Source: Cytophagales bacterium
GTDB taxonomy: Bacteria; Bacteroidota; Bacteroidia; Cytophagales; 172606-1
Length of the DNA stretch: 35,282 nt
Assembly: GCA_025455595.1 (NCBI GenBank)
Contig: JALOMD010000001.1
Coordinates: forward strand, 1 to 35,282
Reading direction: 5' to 3'
The notes under the pieces are model-generated. The model did not search any database and was not told where the DNA came from. It worked only from the letters and a program-made list of their open reading frames with translations. Positions 16,681-28,072 of this stretch are shown here, piece after piece. The position numbers were made by a program, and so were the translations under genes. The number at the start of each line of letters is the position of its first letter. Position 1 is the stretch's first letter.

Positions 16681-16836
16681 TTTGTTAGTATCATAAACCC
16701 ACGCATTGGTTTGACGCAACTCCTGAGTTGCACCAGCCAAGTGCGTACCGGAAAGCAAAATGGCGGGCAGAACGGCCCGCTTTTGCTGTAAAAACAAAAA
16801 CCGAAAAATCAAACCCCATTACCGCAAGGTAAAACT

Positions 16837-18981
16837 ATGGCAGACCTAAAGTATTTGCGCAACATTGGCATCATGGCGCACATTGATGCCGGTAAAACCA
16901 CCACCAGCGAACGCATCCTGTACTACACTGGCAAGACCCACAAAATCGGTGAGGTACACGAAGGTGCCGCTACGATGGACTGGATGGCGCAGGAGCAGGA
17001 ACGGGGCATTACCATTACCTCGGCCGCTACGCACGCCCAATGGAACTATCCCACCGAGCAAGGCGAAGTGATCAGCGACCAAACCAAGACCTACGAAATC
17101 AACCTGATCGATACGCCCGGCCACGTGGATTTTACCGTGGAAGTAGAACGTTCGTTGCGGGTGTTGGACGGTGCCGTAGCTTTGTTCGATGCCGTTTCGG
17201 GCGTTGAGCCGCAGTCTGAGACCGTGTGGCGGCAAGCCAACAAGTACCACGTTCCGCGTTTGTGCTTTGTGAACAAGATGGACCGTGCCGGTGCCGATTT
17301 TTTCAATTGCGTAAAAGAAATCAAGGAGAAACTGAACGCCAAGCCAGTGCCGCTGCAAGTGCCAATCGGTGCCGAAGACCAGTTCAAAGGCGTGGTTGAC
17401 TTGTTGATCATGAAGGGCATCATTTGGAACGAGGCAGACAAAGGCAAAACGTATAAAATTGTCGAAATCCCTGACGACTTGGTTGAAACAGCCAACGAGT
17501 GGCGGCAGTACTTGGTTGAATCCGTTGCCGAATACGATGACCATCTGTTGGAAAAATTCTTCGACGATCCCGATTCCATTACTCGTGAGGAGATGATGGT
17601 GGCTATTCGCAAAGCAACCATTGACATGACCATTACGCCGGTGCTTTGCGGCTCGGCTTTCAAAAACAAAGGCGTGCAAACCATGCTTGACGCAGTCATT
17701 GCTTACCTGCCGTCTCCGCTGGATTTGCCCTCTATCAAAGGCGAAAATCCCGACACCGGTCAAGAAGAAGAACGCAAAGCCGATGCGAAAGAGCCTTTCG
17801 CAGCCTTGGCTTTCAAAATCGCGACCGACCCGTACGTGGGCCGTTTGGCTTTCTTCCGTGTGTATTCGGGCGTGCTTGAGTCGGGTTCGTATGTGCTGAA
17901 CATGCGCACCGGCAAAAAAGAACGTATTTCCCGCCTGATGCAGATGCACGCAAACAAGCAAAACCCGATTGACCGGGTGGAAGCTGGCGACATTGCTGCC
18001 GGTGTCGGTTTCAAAGACATCAAGACCGGCGACACGCTGGTTGAAGAGTCGAAGCCCATCGTACTGGAATCCATGAGCTTCCCTGAGCCGGTAATCGGTT
18101 ATGCCATTGAGCCGAAGAAACAAGCCGATGCCGACAATTTGAGTAAAGCCATCACCAAACTGGTGGAGGAAGACCCGACCCTGCACGTGGAAACCGACCA
18201 AGAAACCGGCCAAACGGTATTGAAAGGCATGGGCGAGCTGCACTTGGAAATCATCATTGACCGCATGAAACGCGAATTCAATGTTGAAATCAACCAAGGT
18301 GCTCCGCAGGTGGCTTACAAAGAGACGATTACCAAGACGATTGAACATCGCGAGGTGTTCAAGAAGCAAACGGGTGGTCGCGGTAAATTCGCCGACATTG
18401 TATTTGAAATCGGCCCGATAGACGAAGAATTCAAAGCGGCCAACCCCGGCACCAACTTCCAGTTTGTAAACGCCATTGTAGGCGGAGCCATCCCGAGGGA
18501 ATTCATTCCGGCAGTTGAGAAAGGTTTTGGCGAAGCGATGAAAACGGGTACGTTGGCCGGTTATCCGGTTGACAGCATGAAGGTGCGCCTGTTCCACGGT
18601 TCGTTTCACCCGGTTGACTCCGATTCGCTTTCGTTTGAAATCGCCGCTCGCGACGGTTTCCGCGAGGCAGCCAAGCAAGCCGGCCCGAAGCTGCTCGAAC
18701 CCATCATGAGCGTGGAAGTGACCACGCCGGATGAGTTCACCGGCCCTGTGACTGGCGACTTGAACCGTCGCCGTGGCTTGATGAAAGGCATGGACAGCAA
18801 AGGCGGTGCGCAAATCGTGAAAGCCGATGTGCCGCTTTCCGAACTGTTCGGCTACGTAACTGACCTGCGTACCATTTCTTCCGGTCGTGCGTCAGCCGTG
18901 CTCACCTTCTCGCACTACGAAATTCTGCCTCCCAACTTGGCCGAGACTGTGATTGCGAAACTGAAAGGTGCGAAAGTCTAA
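16837..18981 (+). CDS. fusA: Elongation factor G
   Basis: [34 protein letters not shown]; 714 aa. Confidence 0.99.
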   Translation: MADLKYLRNIGIMAHIDAGKTTTSERILYYTGKTHKIGEVHEGAATMDWMAQEQERGITITSAATHAQWNYPTEQGEVISDQTKTYEINLIDTPGHVDFTVEVERSLRVLDGAVALFDAVSGVEPQSETVWRQANKYHVPRLCFVNKMDRAGADFFNCVKEIKEKLNAKPVPLQVPIGAEDQFKGVVDLLIMKGIIWNEADKGKTYKIVEIPDDLVETANEWRQYLVESVAEYDDHLLEKFFDDPDSITREEMMVAIRKATIDMTITPVLCGSAFKNKGVQTMLDAVIAYLPSPLDLPSIKGENPDTGQEEERKADAKEPFAALAFKIATDPYVGRLAFFRVYSGVLESGSYVLNMRTGKKERISRLMQMHANKQNPIDRVEAGDIAAGVGFKDIKTGDTLVEESKPIVLESMSFPEPVIGYAIEPKKQADADNLSKAITKLVEEDPTLHVETDQETGQTVLKGMGELHLEIIIDRMKREFNVEINQGAPQVAYKETITKTIEHREVFKKQTGGRGKFADIVFEIGPIDEEFKAANPGTNFQFVNAIVGGAIPREFIPAVEKGFGEAMKTGTLAGYPVDSMKVRLFHGSFHPVDSDSLSFEIAARDGFREAAKQAGPKLLEPIMSVEVTTPDEFTGPVTGDLNRRRGLMKGMDSKGGAQIVKADVPLSELFGYVTDLRTISSGRASAVLTFSHYEILPPNLAETVIAKLKGAKV

Positions 18982-19087
18982 CGAATGTTGGAAACAGCCC
19001 GGTTTTGCTGACCGGGCTGCCTAAATAAAAGTTTTCAAAGTCAATAAAACCTGCCGGTCAAAAGTGCATCGGCCAACTACCAAAACA

Positions 19088-19393
19088 ATGACTCAGAAAA
19101 TCCGGATTAAATTGAAGTCTTTCGACCACAGCTTGGTTGACAAATCATGCGAGCGGATTGTAAAGGCAGTTAAGTCCACGGGTGCGGTGGTGAGCGGGCC
19201 TATTCCGTTGCCCACTGAAAAGGAAAGGTTTACGGTGCTGCGTTCGCCGCACGTAAACAAGAAATCGCGCGAGCAATTCCAACTCTGCACCTACAAACGC
19301 TTGATTGACATCCACTCGTCAAGTGCCAAAACTGTTGACGCGCTGATGAAACTGGAATTGCCCAGCGGCGTTGACGTTGAAATCAAGGTTTGA
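19088..19393 (+). CDS. rpsJ: 30S ribosomal protein S10
   Basis: [33 protein letters not shown]. Confidence 0.99.
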   Translation: MTQKIRIKLKSFDHSLVDKSCERIVKAVKSTGAVVSGPIPLPTEKERFTVLRSPHVNKKSREQFQLCTYKRLIDIHSSSAKTVDALMKLELPSGVDVEIKV

Positions 19394-19476
19394 CGAAATT
19401 GTCACATTAAAAACAGACAAGCCTGCTGCCGCAAACACAGCGCGGACGCAGGTTTTTTGTTTGCCAAAACGGGAAC

Positions 19477-19606
19477 AGGCGTTTTGAGCAAAAATTGTCA
19501 AATTCCGCAATCGCCTGTCCCGACGAGTCGGGGCGGGAACACCCAAAGCAGATTGCAAGGGCGAACGTACCACCAGCGTTTTAGCTAATTTTTGCCCAAA
19601 ACGCCT
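19477..19606. repeat. Extended family A element between rpsJ and rplC
   Basis: REP arm, then GCCTGTCCCGACGAGTCGGG core, then a full REP at 19575-19605. Confidence 0.8.
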
Positions 19607-19653
19607 TTGATTACCAGCCGCTTCCAAATACGGTAAAAAAAAACCGGAGAGAG

Positions 19654-19684
19654 TTTGCATTGTTATCTCGAACACCTATCTTTG
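19654..19684 (+). promoter_or_regulatory. Internal sigma70 promoter upstream of rplC
   Basis: TTTG, 19 nt, TATCTTTG. Confidence 0.75.
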
Positions 19685-19766
19685 CAGTCCGTTTTGAAAA
19701 AGCTGACCGCTGGTTGTCCAGAGAAAGTCATTAGCTTTAAAACATTCATGTAAGTTTTAAGCAATC

Positions 19767-20402
19767 ATGTCAGGTATCATAGGAAAAAAAATTGGAATGA
19801 CGAGCATCTTTACGCCCGAAGGCGAAAGCGTTGCTTGTACAGTAGTTGAGGCGGGTCCCTGCGTGGTGACCCAAGTGAAAACCACTGATACCGACGGATA
19901 TGCGGCGGTACAATTGGCTTTCGGCGAAAAGAAAGAGAAAAACACCACCAAGCCTCTGCTTGGCCACTTCAAAAAAGCCAACACGACTCCGAAGCGGAAA
20001 CTGGTCGAGTTCAAGGATTTCCTCATCGAAGTAGCCTTGGGCGACACCGTCAAGGCAGAGGATGTTTGCGAAGCCGGTGAGTTTGTTGACGTGGTAGGTA
20101 CCAGCAAAGGCAAAGGTTTCCAAGGCGTAGTAAAACGCCACGGCTTCAGCGGTGTAGGGGCGGCCACTCACGGCCAGCACAACCGCCAACGCCACCCTGG
20201 TTCTATTGGTGCTTGTTCCTTCCCGGCCCGTGTGTTCAAAGGTTTGCGCATGGCAGGCCGTACCGGCGGCAACCGCGTGACCGTCCAGAACTTGCGCATT
20301 CTCCGCGTAATTCCCGAAAAAAATCTGGTATTGATTAGCGGCTCTGTTCCGGGTGCCAAAGGTTCCTTTGTTATCATTGACAACCACCGTGAAATTGCCT
20401 AA
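19767..20402 (+). CDS. rplC: 50S ribosomal protein L3
   Basis: [30 protein letters not shown]. Confidence 0.99.
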   Translation: MSGIIGKKIGMTSIFTPEGESVACTVVEAGPCVVTQVKTTDTDGYAAVQLAFGEKKEKNTTKPLLGHFKKANTTPKRKLVEFKDFLIEVALGDTVKAEDVCEAGEFVDVVGTSKGKGFQGVVKRHGFSGVGAATHGQHNRQRHPGSIGACSFPARVFKGLRMAGRTGGNRVTVQNLRILRVIPEKNLVLISGSVPGAKGSFVIIDNHREIA

Positions 20403-20463
20403 AACGCAAGCGTTGCCAACACGACGTTTTATGGTAATGTTTCATAAAGAAGCATAAGCAACA

Positions 20464-21090
20464 ATGGAAGTAGCAGTATATAACTCGACAGGCCAAGACA
20501 CCGGTAGGAAAGCAACACTGGTGGATGAAATATATGGCATTACTCCGAATGAACACGCTGTTTATCTGGATGTGAAGCAATATTTGGCCAACCAACGCCA
20601 AGGTACGCACAAGTCGAAACAGCGCAACGAAGTGCACGGCTCGACTCGCAAATTGCACAAGCAGAAAGGAACCGGCGGCTCACGCAAGGGTAGCATCAAA
20701 AACCCGTTGTTCCGCCACGGTGGTCGTATTTTTGGCCCTACTCCGCGCGACTACAGTTTCAAACTAAACAAAAAGCTGAAGGAGCTGGCCCGCCGCTCGG
20801 TTCTAAGCCAAAAGGCAAGTTCTTCCAAGCTCACCGTGGTGGAAGACTTTACGTTGGAACAACCACGTACCAAGGCTTACTTGCAAATCCTGAAGAATTT
20901 TTCGGCCCAAGACAAAAAGACATTGTTGGTACTGCCCGATACCGACAAGAACATCGTGCTGTCGAGCCGTAATATCCCCAATGCGAAGGTAATGCTGGCT
21001 AATCAAATCAACACTTACGCGTTGGTTCATGCTGATCATGTGTTGTTGAGCGAGAAGTCGCTGGCCAAGATCGAAGAAATATTAAAATAA
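20464..21090 (+). CDS. rplD: 50S ribosomal protein L4
   Basis: RQGTHKSK, KQKGTGGSRKG, FGPTPRDY. Confidence 0.99.
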   Translation: MEVAVYNSTGQDTGRKATLVDEIYGITPNEHAVYLDVKQYLANQRQGTHKSKQRNEVHGSTRKLHKQKGTGGSRKGSIKNPLFRHGGRIFGPTPRDYSFKLNKKLKELARRSVLSQKASSSKLTVVEDFTLEQPRTKAYLQILKNFSAQDKKTLLVLPDTDKNIVLSSRNIPNAKVMLANQINTYALVHADHVLLSEKSLAKIEEILK

Positions 21091-21098
21091 CTCCGACG

Positions 21099-21386
21099 AT
21101 GAGTATCCTGAAACGACCCGTTATCACCGAAAAAGCGAATGCACAGACCGAGAAGGGAGTGTACACGTTTATCGTTGACAAAAAGGCCAACAAGATTGAA
21201 ATCAAGAAGGCCGTTGAAAAAACATACGGCGTAAATGTGGACGCTGTACGTACGATTCGGTATGCTGGAAAGGCGAAAACGCGGTACACGCAAGCCAAGG
21301 TATTGTCGGGACGTACCGTTGCTTACAAAAAAGCAATGGTGCAACTGGCTGAGGGCGAAGTGATTGACTTTTACGCTGATATTTGA
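21099..21386 (+). CDS. rplW: 50S ribosomal protein L23
   Basis: PVITEK, ANKIEIKKAVE, YKKAMVQL. Confidence 0.99.
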   Translation: MSILKRPVITEKANAQTEKGVYTFIVDKKANKIEIKKAVEKTYGVNVDAVRTIRYAGKAKTRYTQAKVLSGRTVAYKKAMVQLAEGEVIDFYADI

Positions 21387-21408
21387 ACATCCTTGGCTTT
21401 TGAACGTA

Positions 21409-21488
21409 GCGTTTTGGGCAGAAATCGCCTAAAACGGGCGTGTAGGCGGTGCCGCCTTGTGTTTTGGGCAAAAAACACCCAAAACGCC
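21409..21488. repeat. Family A REP doublet with AGGCGGTGCCGCCTT spacer (rplW-rplB)
   Basis: Two REP palindromes; the reverse complement resembles 35003-35075. Confidence 0.8.
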
Positions 21489-21552
21489 GAAGCCGAAAAC
21501 AGAAGAACTATGTGGCACGGCACGACAACCCGTGCGTTAAAGTAAAATCAAA

Positions 21553-22374
21553 ATGGCAGTTAAAAAACTCAAACCGATTACGCCGGGACAGCGGTTCAGA
21601 GTAGCTCCGACTTTCGAGGAAATTACTACTGACAAGCCTTACAAGCCGCTGACGGTAACGCTGAAAAAAACAGGTGGCCGCAATGATTTTGGTCATCGTG
21701 CCGTGCGATACATTGGTGGCGGTCACAAACGCCGCTATCGTATCATCGATTTCAAACGCGACAAGCACAACGTTACTGCTACCGTCACTACCGTCGAATA
21801 CGATCCGAACCGTTCGGCCCGCATTGCATTGATTGAATATGCGGACGGTGAAAAACGCTATATCCTTGCACCCGCCGGCATCACAGTGGGCCAGCAAATC
21901 ATATCTGGTGCCGATGTTGCTCCTGAAGTAGGTAATGCTTTGCCGCTTTCGGCCATTCCGCTGGGTACCATCATTCACAACATTGAGTTGCAACCCGGCA
22001 AGGGCGGTTCGATGGCCCGCAGTGCCGGTACATACGCTCAGTTGGTGGCTCGCGAAGGGAAATACGCTACGCTGAAATTGCCTTCTGGCGAAATGCGCCT
22101 TGTGCTGGTGACTTGCATGGCCACAGTCGGTTCGGTTTCCAACGCCGACCACATGAACGTCAGTTACGGCAAAGCCGGTCGCAAACGTTGGCTGGGCCGT
22201 CGCCCCCGCGTCCGTGGCGTGGCCATGAACCCTGTTGATCACCCGATGGGTGGTGGCGAAGGCCGTGCCTCTGGCGGACACCCGCGTTCGCGCAAAGGCT
22301 TGTACACCAAAGGCAAGAAGACCCGTACGCCTAAGAAATACTCCAATGACTTGATTATCAGCCGCCGCAAATAA
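21553..22374 (+). CDS. rplB: 50S ribosomal protein L2
   Basis: [25 protein letters not shown]. Confidence 0.99.
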   Translation: MAVKKLKPITPGQRFRVAPTFEEITTDKPYKPLTVTLKKTGGRNDFGHRAVRYIGGGHKRRYRIIDFKRDKHNVTATVTTVEYDPNRSARIALIEYADGEKRYILAPAGITVGQQIISGADVAPEVGNALPLSAIPLGTIIHNIELQPGKGGSMARSAGTYAQLVAREGKYATLKLPSGEMRLVLVTCMATVGSVSNADHMNVSYGKAGRKRWLGRRPRVRGVAMNPVDHPMGGGEGRASGGHPRSRKGLYTKGKKTRTPKKYSNDLIISRRK

Positions 22375-22424
22375 CGGCTCTACCCAATATATCTGACAGT
22401 TATTCTTAAGCTATTCATAAGTAG

Positions 22425-22703
22425 ATGGGACGTTCAATTAAAAAAGGCCCTTACATTGACTTTCGATTGAGCAACAAAATCGAAGGCTTGGTTCGGTCTG
22501 GCAAAAAAACCGTCATTAAAACTTGGTCTCGCCGCTCCACCATTTCGCCCGAGTTTGTCGGTCATACATTTGCGGTTCACAACGGCAACAAGTTCATTCC
22601 GGTTTATGTGACTGAAAACATGGTCGGCCACAAACTTGGTGAATTTGCACCTACTCGTAACTTCAGAGGCCACGCAGGAAACAAAGACAAAGGGAAAAAA
22701 TAA
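22425..22703 (+). CDS. rpsS: 30S ribosomal protein S19
   Basis: [22 protein letters not shown]. Confidence 0.99.
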   Translation: MGRSIKKGPYIDFRLSNKIEGLVRSGKKTVIKTWSRRSTISPEFVGHTFAVHNGNKFIPVYVTENMVGHKLGEFAPTRNFRGHAGNKDKGKK

Positions 22704-23089
22704 TGGAAGCGACAGCCAAACTTAGAAACGTGCCATCCTCGCCTCAAAAAATGCGTCTGGTGGCTGACATGGTGAGAGGCAAACGAATCAATGATGCCCT
22801 CAACCTCCTGCGTTTTGACTCGAAGGCAGGCTCGAAGAATGTCGAAAAACTGTTGCTTTCGGCCATTGCCAACTGGCAACAGAAATATGAAGACGAACGC
22901 ATAGAAGATGCCGACCTGTACATCAAAACCATATTTGTGGACGGAGGCCGGATGCTGAAACGGCTTCGTCCCGCTCCGCAAGGACGCGGATACCGTATTC
23001 GCAAGCGTTCGAATCACATCACGATTGTGTTGGACTCGAAGACATCGGTTGCAAAACAGATTAACATTCAAGAAAAAGAAACCGAATAA
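22703..23089 (+). CDS. rplV: 50S ribosomal protein L22
   Basis: [34 protein letters not shown]. Confidence 0.99.
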   Translation: MEATAKLRNVPSSPQKMRLVADMVRGKRINDALNLLRFDSKAGSKNVEKLLLSAIANWQQKYEDERIEDADLYIKTIFVDGGRMLKRLRPAPQGRGYRIRKRSNHITIVLDSKTSVAKQINIQEKETE

Positions 23090-23095
23090 ACACGC

Positions 23096-23917
23096 ATGGG
23101 ACAAAAAGTTAACCCGACCGGCTTTCGCTTAGGCATTGTCAAAGGCTGGGATTCCAACTGGTACGGAGGGAAGAACTTCGCGGAGAAGCTGATTGAAGAC
23201 GAGAAGATACGCAAATACGTGTTAGCTCGCTTTCCCAAAGGGGGAATCGCCAAAGTGGTGATCGAACGCACGCTTAAGCGTATTACGCTTACCATCAATA
23301 CGGCTCGTCCCGGTGTTGTAATCGGTAAGAACGGCATTGAGGTTGAGCGAGTGAAAGAGGAGCTTAAAAAACTAACCGGCAAGGACGTTCAAATCAACAT
23401 TTTTGAAATCAAACGCCCGGAGTTGGATGCCAAGCTGGTCGGGGAATCCATTGCCCAGCAGTTGGAAGCTCGTATTTCTTACCGGCGTGCCATGAAGCAA
23501 GGCATTTCTCTGGCAATGCGGGTAGGTGCCCAAGGTATCAAAGTTCGCTTGTCAGGCCGCTTGGCCGGTGCCGATATTGCCCGCACGGAGGAATATAAAG
23601 AAGGCCGTGTGCCTTTGCATACCCTGCGCGCCGATATTGACTACGCTATTTCTGAAGCCCAAACCGTTTACGGCAAAATAGGCATCAAAGTGTGGGTTTT
23701 CAAGGGCGAAGTGTTTGGCAAGCGTGACCTTTCTCCAAATGCCACTTACGGAGCGGCTGCAGCGGCAGGCGGAAACGCCCCGACTGGCGGTAACGAACGC
23801 GGCGGACGACGCGGCGATTTCGCCGACCGAGGCGACCGTCGCGGAGGCGGTGGAGACCGGGACAACAACCGTAAAAAGAAAAAGAAACGGAATACGCCCG
23901 GTGGTGGTGGCAGATGA
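23096..23917 (+). CDS. rpsC: 30S ribosomal protein S3 (Gly/Arg-rich C-terminal tail)
   Basis: [27 protein letters not shown]. Confidence 0.99.
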   Translation: MGQKVNPTGFRLGIVKGWDSNWYGGKNFAEKLIEDEKIRKYVLARFPKGGIAKVVIERTLKRITLTINTARPGVVIGKNGIEVERVKEELKKLTGKDVQINIFEIKRPELDAKLVGESIAQQLEARISYRRAMKQGISLAMRVGAQGIKVRLSGRLAGADIARTEEYKEGRVPLHTLRADIDYAISEAQTVYGKIGIKVWVFKGEVFGKRDLSPNATYGAAAAAGGNAPTGGNERGGRRGDFADRGDRRGGGGDRDNNRKKKKKRNTPGGGGR

Positions 23918-23967
23918 GAATCGGTTTGAGGCTGAAAAGCCTACCATCTTAATAAAAGAATAAGAAA

Positions 23968-24393
23968 ATGTTACAGCCGAAGAGAACCAAGTTTAGAAAG
24001 ATGCAAAAAGGCCGCGTGCGTGGATTGGCAACGCGTGGCCATGAGATTGCCTTCGGGTCGTTTGCAGTGAAATCACTTGAACCCGGTTGGATTACGGCGC
24101 GGCAAATCGAAGCAGCCCGTATTTCAATGACACGCACCATGAAGCGGGAAGGACAAGTGTGGATTCGCATATTTCCCGACAAACCCATTACCAAAAAGCC
24201 TGCCGAAGTACGGATGGGTAAGGGTAAAGGTGCCCCTGAATACTGGGTGGCAGTCATAAAGCCCGGGACTATTCTTTTTGAAGTGGCTGGCGTTAATCAA
24301 GAAACAGGTCAAGAAGCTTTGCGATTGGCTGCGCAGAAACTGCCTATCAAAACCAAGTTTGTTGTACGTAGAGACTACGTTGAAGGACAATGA
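23968..24393 (+). CDS. rplP: 50S ribosomal protein L16
   Basis: [23 protein letters not shown]. Confidence 0.99.
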   Translation: MLQPKRTKFRKMQKGRVRGLATRGHEIAFGSFAVKSLEPGWITARQIEAARISMTRTMKREGQVWIRIFPDKPITKKPAEVRMGKGKGAPEYWVAVIKPGTILFEVAGVNQETGQEALRLAAQKLPIKTKFVVRRDYVEGQ

Positions 24394-24590
24394 AAAATAC
24401 TGAAATCAAATCCCTGAGTGCCGAAGAGCTTCAAGAGCGTATTGCAGCCGAGAGGTCTACATTGCAAAAATTGAAGTTCGCTCACGCGATTACACCAATT
24501 GAGAACCCGGCACGCATAAGCTCTGCCCGCAAAACCATTGCCCGGCTAATGACTGAGCTTAGAGCCAGACAAATTGCAAACGCCAAATAA
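24390..24590 (+). CDS. rpmC: 50S ribosomal protein L29
   Basis: [26 protein letters not shown]; operon position. Confidence 0.97.
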   Translation: MKNTEIKSLSAEELQERIAAERSTLQKLKFAHAITPIENPARISSARKTIARLMTELRARQIANAK

Positions 24591-24598
24591 CACGTAAA

Positions 24599-24874
24599 AT
24601 GGAGCAAGTGCAATTAGAATCGGAACGGAATGCCAGAAAAGAAAGAATCGGGCGTGTCGTTAGTGACAAGATGGATAAATCCATCACTGTTGCCATTGAA
24701 AGGAAAGTAAAACATCCGAAATACGGCAAGTTCATGAAGAAAACCACCAAGCTGATGGCACATGACGAGAAAAACGAATGTGGCATTGGCGATACGGTCA
24801 AAATCATGGAAACGCGGCCTTTGAGCAAGAACAAGCGTTGGAGACTTATAGAAATTATCGAAAAAGCGAAATAA
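24599..24874 (+). CDS. rpsQ: 30S ribosomal protein S17
   Basis: [24 protein letters not shown]. Confidence 0.99.
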   Translation: MEQVQLESERNARKERIGRVVSDKMDKSITVAIERKVKHPKYGKFMKKTTKLMAHDEKNECGIGDTVKIMETRPLSKNKRWRLIEIIEKAK

Positions 24875-24875
24875 A

Positions 24876-25244
24876 ATGGTACAGCAAGAATCCCGGCTCA
24901 CTGTAGCCGACAACAGTGGTGCTAAAGAAGTGCTGGTAATTCGCGTATTGGGCGGCACGGGTCGTCGTTACGCAACCGTAGGCGATAAAATAGTTGTCTC
25001 GGTGAAATCAGCCTTGTCTTCCAGTAACATGAAGAAAGGTTCGGTTTCAAAAGCTGTTGTAGTTCGCACCAAGAAAGAGGTTCGCCGGAAAGACGGTTCC
25101 TATATTCGCTTCGAAGACAATGCGGCCGTGTTGTTGAATAATAACGACGAGCCGCGCGGAACTCGCATTTTCGGACCGGTTGCCCGTGAACTGCGTGAAA
25201 AGCAATTCATGAAAATCGTTTCGTTGGCTCCCGAAGTTTTGTAA
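24876..25244 (+). CDS. rplN: 50S ribosomal protein L14
   Basis: [28 protein letters not shown]. Confidence 0.99.
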   Translation: MVQQESRLTVADNSGAKEVLVIRVLGGTGRRYATVGDKIVVSVKSALSSSNMKKGSVSKAVVVRTKKEVRRKDGSYIRFEDNAAVLLNNNDEPRGTRIFGPVARELREKQFMKIVSLAPEVL

Positions 25245-25269
25245 TTGACCCTGAATATTTACGATAAAA

Positions 25270-25620
25270 ATGAAAGCAAAAGCTAAGACAGCCACTAAGT
25301 TACACGTTCGTCGGGGCGATACCGTTATGGTGATTGCAGGCGATGAGAAAGGGAAGACCGGCAAGATTGCTTCGGTAAACCGCGAAAAGCAACGTGTGAT
25401 AGTGGAAGGGTTAAATCTCGTTAAGAAAAGCGTGAAACCTTCGGCTGAGAATCCGCAGGGAGGGTTTGTACAAATAGAGGCCTCTATTCACGTGAGCAAC
25501 GTGATGCTTGTTGACCCAACGAATGGAAAGCCCACCCGTGTGTCGCGCAAAATGGACGACAAAGGTGTAAAGCAGCGTGTTTCCAAAAAGACCGGCAGCA
25601 TTATCAAAGCCGAAATCTGA
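25270..25620 (+). CDS. rplX: 50S ribosomal protein L24
   Basis: GDTVMVIAGDEKGK, EASIHVSNV. Confidence 0.98.
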   Translation: MKAKAKTATKLHVRRGDTVMVIAGDEKGKTGKIASVNREKQRVIVEGLNLVKKSVKPSAENPQGGFVQIEASIHVSNVMLVDPTNGKPTRVSRKMDDKGVKQRVSKKTGSIIKAEI

Positions 25621-25668
25621 GGGGCTGTCTAAACCGTCTTTGAGTAGTTTCTGGAAAAAAGCGATTGC

Positions 25669-25701
25669 TGCCGTTTTAAGCAAAAATTGCCCAAAACGGC
25701 A
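25669..25701. repeat. REP-like palindrome, family A (rplX-rplE)
   Basis: TGCCGTTTTAAGCAAAAATTGCCCAAAACGGCA. Confidence 0.8.
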
Positions 25702-25756
25702 TTCTATTCAAGCAAATAGCGAAGAACGCAAAAATACATAAGTCAAGTCTGCTACA

Positions 25757-26338
25757 ATGGCTACTAATCAATCAAATAAGAGCGGTTCAATGCCTCGCAT
25801 CAGAACGAAGTATCAAGATGAAGTTGTTGCTTTGTTGAAAGACAAGTTCAACTACCGCTCCATCATGCAAGTACCTAAGATTACGAAAATTGTCATTAAC
25901 AAAGGCATTGGTGCCGCTGTAGCCGATAAGAAACTCGTTGACATCGGCGTTGAGGAACTGACTACGATAACCGGTCAGAAAGCAGTGGCTACTTTCTCGA
26001 AGAAAGCCATATCGAACTTCAAACTGCGCGAGAATATGCCGATTGGTGCCAAAGTGACGCTGCGTGGCGACCGGATGTATGAATTCATGGATCGTTTGAT
26101 GACAGTGGCATTACCTCGTGTACGTGATTTTCGCGGCATTAGCGACAAGGGCTTCGACGGTCGTGGCAATTACACACTGGGCGTAAAAGAGCAGATCATT
26201 TTTCCTGAAATCAGCATTGATAAGGTTTCCAAAATTTCGGGTATGGACATTACGTTTGTGACCACAGCCGAAACCGATGAGGAATGCTTGGAGTTGTTGA
26301 AAGCCTTGGGGATGCCTTTCGCCAACCAGAAGAAATAA
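25757..26338 (+). CDS. rplE: 50S ribosomal protein L5
   Basis: [27 protein letters not shown]; the start could alternatively be the ATG at 25790. Confidence 0.98.
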   Translation: MATNQSNKSGSMPRIRTKYQDEVVALLKDKFNYRSIMQVPKITKIVINKGIGAAVADKKLVDIGVEELTTITGQKAVATFSKKAISNFKLRENMPIGAKVTLRGDRMYEFMDRLMTVALPRVRDFRGISDKGFDGRGNYTLGVKEQIIFPEISIDKVSKISGMDITFVTTAETDEECLELLKALGMPFANQKK

Positions 26339-26373
26339 ATAACCGAAACATATATATAAGTCAGATACAAGAC

Positions 26374-26643
26374 ATGGCAAAAGAATCAGTAAAAGCTCGC
26401 GAACGAAAAAGGGAACGGCTTGTCTCAAAGTATGCCGCCAAACGCAAAGCCTTGAAAGAAGCTGGCGAATATGAGGCGTTGGACAAACTGCCGCGCAACT
26501 CGTCGCCGGTACGCCTGCACAACCGTTGCAAACTTACTGGTCGTCCGCGTGGTTACATTCGGAAATTCGGCATCAGCCGCAACATGTTCCGCGCTTTGGC
26601 TTCCGATGGTAAAATCCCTGGAGTCACTAAATCGAGCTGGTAA
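26374..26643 (+). CDS. rpsN: 30S ribosomal protein S14 (89 aa, zinc-free type)
   Basis: [41 protein letters not shown]. Confidence 0.99.
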   Translation: MAKESVKARERKRERLVSKYAAKRKALKEAGEYEALDKLPRNSSPVRLHNRCKLTGRPRGYIRKFGISRNMFRALASDGKIPGVTKSSW

Positions 26644-26657
26644 GTCGGAATAAATAT

Positions 26658-26689
26658 TTTGCTGAATAAGATAACTTTTAATACCTTTG
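26658..26689 (+). promoter_or_regulatory. Internal sigma70 promoter upstream of rpsH
   Basis: TTTG, 20 nt, TACCTTTG, followed by the hairpin AGTCCCG..CGGGACT (26691-26714). Confidence 0.72.
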
Positions 26690-26738
26690 CAGTCCCGTTT
26701 TCAAAAGCGGGACTTTTGTCAAAAAAAATGCCACGAAA

Positions 26739-27134
26739 ATGACGGATCCAATATCGGATTATCTAACAAGGGTGAGAAACGCCATCAAGGCCAGGCACCG
26801 GATTGTGGAAATACCTGCCTCTAATATCAAAAAGGAAATTACAAAGGTACTCTTCGACAAAGGTTATATTCAAAACTACAAGTTTGAAGACAGCCAAGTA
26901 CAGGGAACCATTAAAATCGCCTTGAAGTATGATCCGGTAACCAAGATGTCTGCAATTGTTCAATTGCAACGCATCAGTAAGCCCGGTTTGCGCAAGTACA
27001 CGGGTGTAGCAAATATGCCACGTGTACTAAATGGCTTGGGAGTCGCCATTGTTTCTACACCCAAAGGAGTTATGACCGACAAAGAGGCTCGTGCGCTGAA
27101 TGTTGGCGGTGAAGTGCTTTGTTACGTATATTAA
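26739..27134 (+). CDS. rpsH: 30S ribosomal protein S8
   Basis: MTDPISDYLTRVRNA, RISKPGLR, GGEVLCYVY. Confidence 0.99.
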   Translation: MTDPISDYLTRVRNAIKARHRIVEIPASNIKKEITKVLFDKGYIQNYKFEDSQVQGTIKIALKYDPVTKMSAIVQLQRISKPGLRKYTGVANMPRVLNGLGVAIVSTPKGVMTDKEARALNVGGEVLCYVY

Positions 27135-27141
27135 TAGTATC

Positions 27142-27699
27142 ATGTCACGAATAGGTAAGAAACCCATCGATTTGCCTGCCAACGTCACTGTAACGGTGGA
27201 TTCTGGCAACTTGGTCACTGTCAAGGGCCCAAAAGGAACGCTCTCACGGAAAGTGGACGTGGATATTACAGTAAGGCAAGAAGCGTCTCAACTACTGGTC
27301 GAAAGACCAACCGAGCAGAAGAGACACAAGGCCCTGCATGGCCTGTACCGTGCTTTGTTGAATAACATGGTGGTTGGGGTTAGCAACGGCTACAAGCAGA
27401 GCTTGGAGATTGTGGGTGTGGGTTACAAAGCCACGGTTGCAAACAACGTGCTGGAACTTAGCCTCGGTTATTCGCATGGCCTGTTTCTGGCACTGCCTGA
27501 TGAAGTGAAAGCTTCAGCCGTAACAGAAAAAGGCAAGAATCCTGTGGTTACGCTTGAAGGCATTGACAAGGAATTAGTTGGGCAAATTGCCGCCAAGATC
27601 AAGTCGCTGCGCAAAGTTGAACCATACAAAGGCAAAGGTATCAGAAACTTGGGCCAAGCTATCAGAAGAAAAGCTGGTAAGACAGCCGCTAAGAAATAA
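27142..27699 (+). CDS. rplF: 50S ribosomal protein L6
   Basis: MSRIGKKPI, VKGPKG, EPYKGKGIR. Confidence 0.99.
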   Translation: MSRIGKKPIDLPANVTVTVDSGNLVTVKGPKGTLSRKVDVDITVRQEASQLLVERPTEQKRHKALHGLYRALLNNMVVGVSNGYKQSLEIVGVGYKATVANNVLELSLGYSHGLFLALPDEVKASAVTEKGKNPVVTLEGIDKELVGQIAAKIKSLRKVEPYKGKGIRNLGQAIRRKAGKTAAKK

Positions 27700-27705
27700 T
27701 CAAAA

Positions 27706-28056
27706 ATGGCAACACGCAAAGAACTTCGTCGGGAGCGTATAAAGAAAAACATACGCGCCAAAATTGCTGGCTCGGCCGAACGGCCCCGCCTTTCCGTTTA
27801 CCGTTCCAACACGGCTATTTATGCGCAACTCATTGACGATTCCAAAGGGCGTACTTTGGTAAGTGCTTCGTCAATAGAGATAAACAAGGACATCAATGCC
27901 AATGTAGCCCTTGCCAAAGAAGTAGGAAAGAAAGTGGCTGAAAAAGCGGTTGCACACGGAATATCCGCTGTTGTCTTTGACCGTAGTGGTTACTTGTACC
28001 ACGGCAAAGTAAAGGCTTTGGCTGAAGGTGCCCGCGAGGGAGGTCTCAAATTCTGA
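27706..28056 (+). CDS. rplR: 50S ribosomal protein L18
   Basis: [27 protein letters not shown]. Confidence 0.99.
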   Translation: MATRKELRRERIKKNIRAKIAGSAERPRLSVYRSNTAIYAQLIDDSKGRTLVSASSIEINKDINANVALAKEVGKKVAEKAVAHGISAVVFDRSGYLYHGKVKALAEGAREGGLKF

Positions 28057-28072
28057 CAATTGAAAAAGTATC

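Noticed and set aside
16846-18813. 655 aa antisense ORF over fusA, and similar antisense ORFs over purK, rplB, rplC and the Ig-repeat gene
   Set aside because: These are shadow ORFs from codon bias of the sense genes, with no motifs.
18982-19087. Absence of tuf after fusA and of adk after secY
   Set aside because: This is the normal Bacteroidota gene order.
23720-23917. Gly/Arg/Lys-rich S3 tail; also the L17 extension and zinc-free S14/L36
   Set aside because: These are common lineage features in Bacteroidota.
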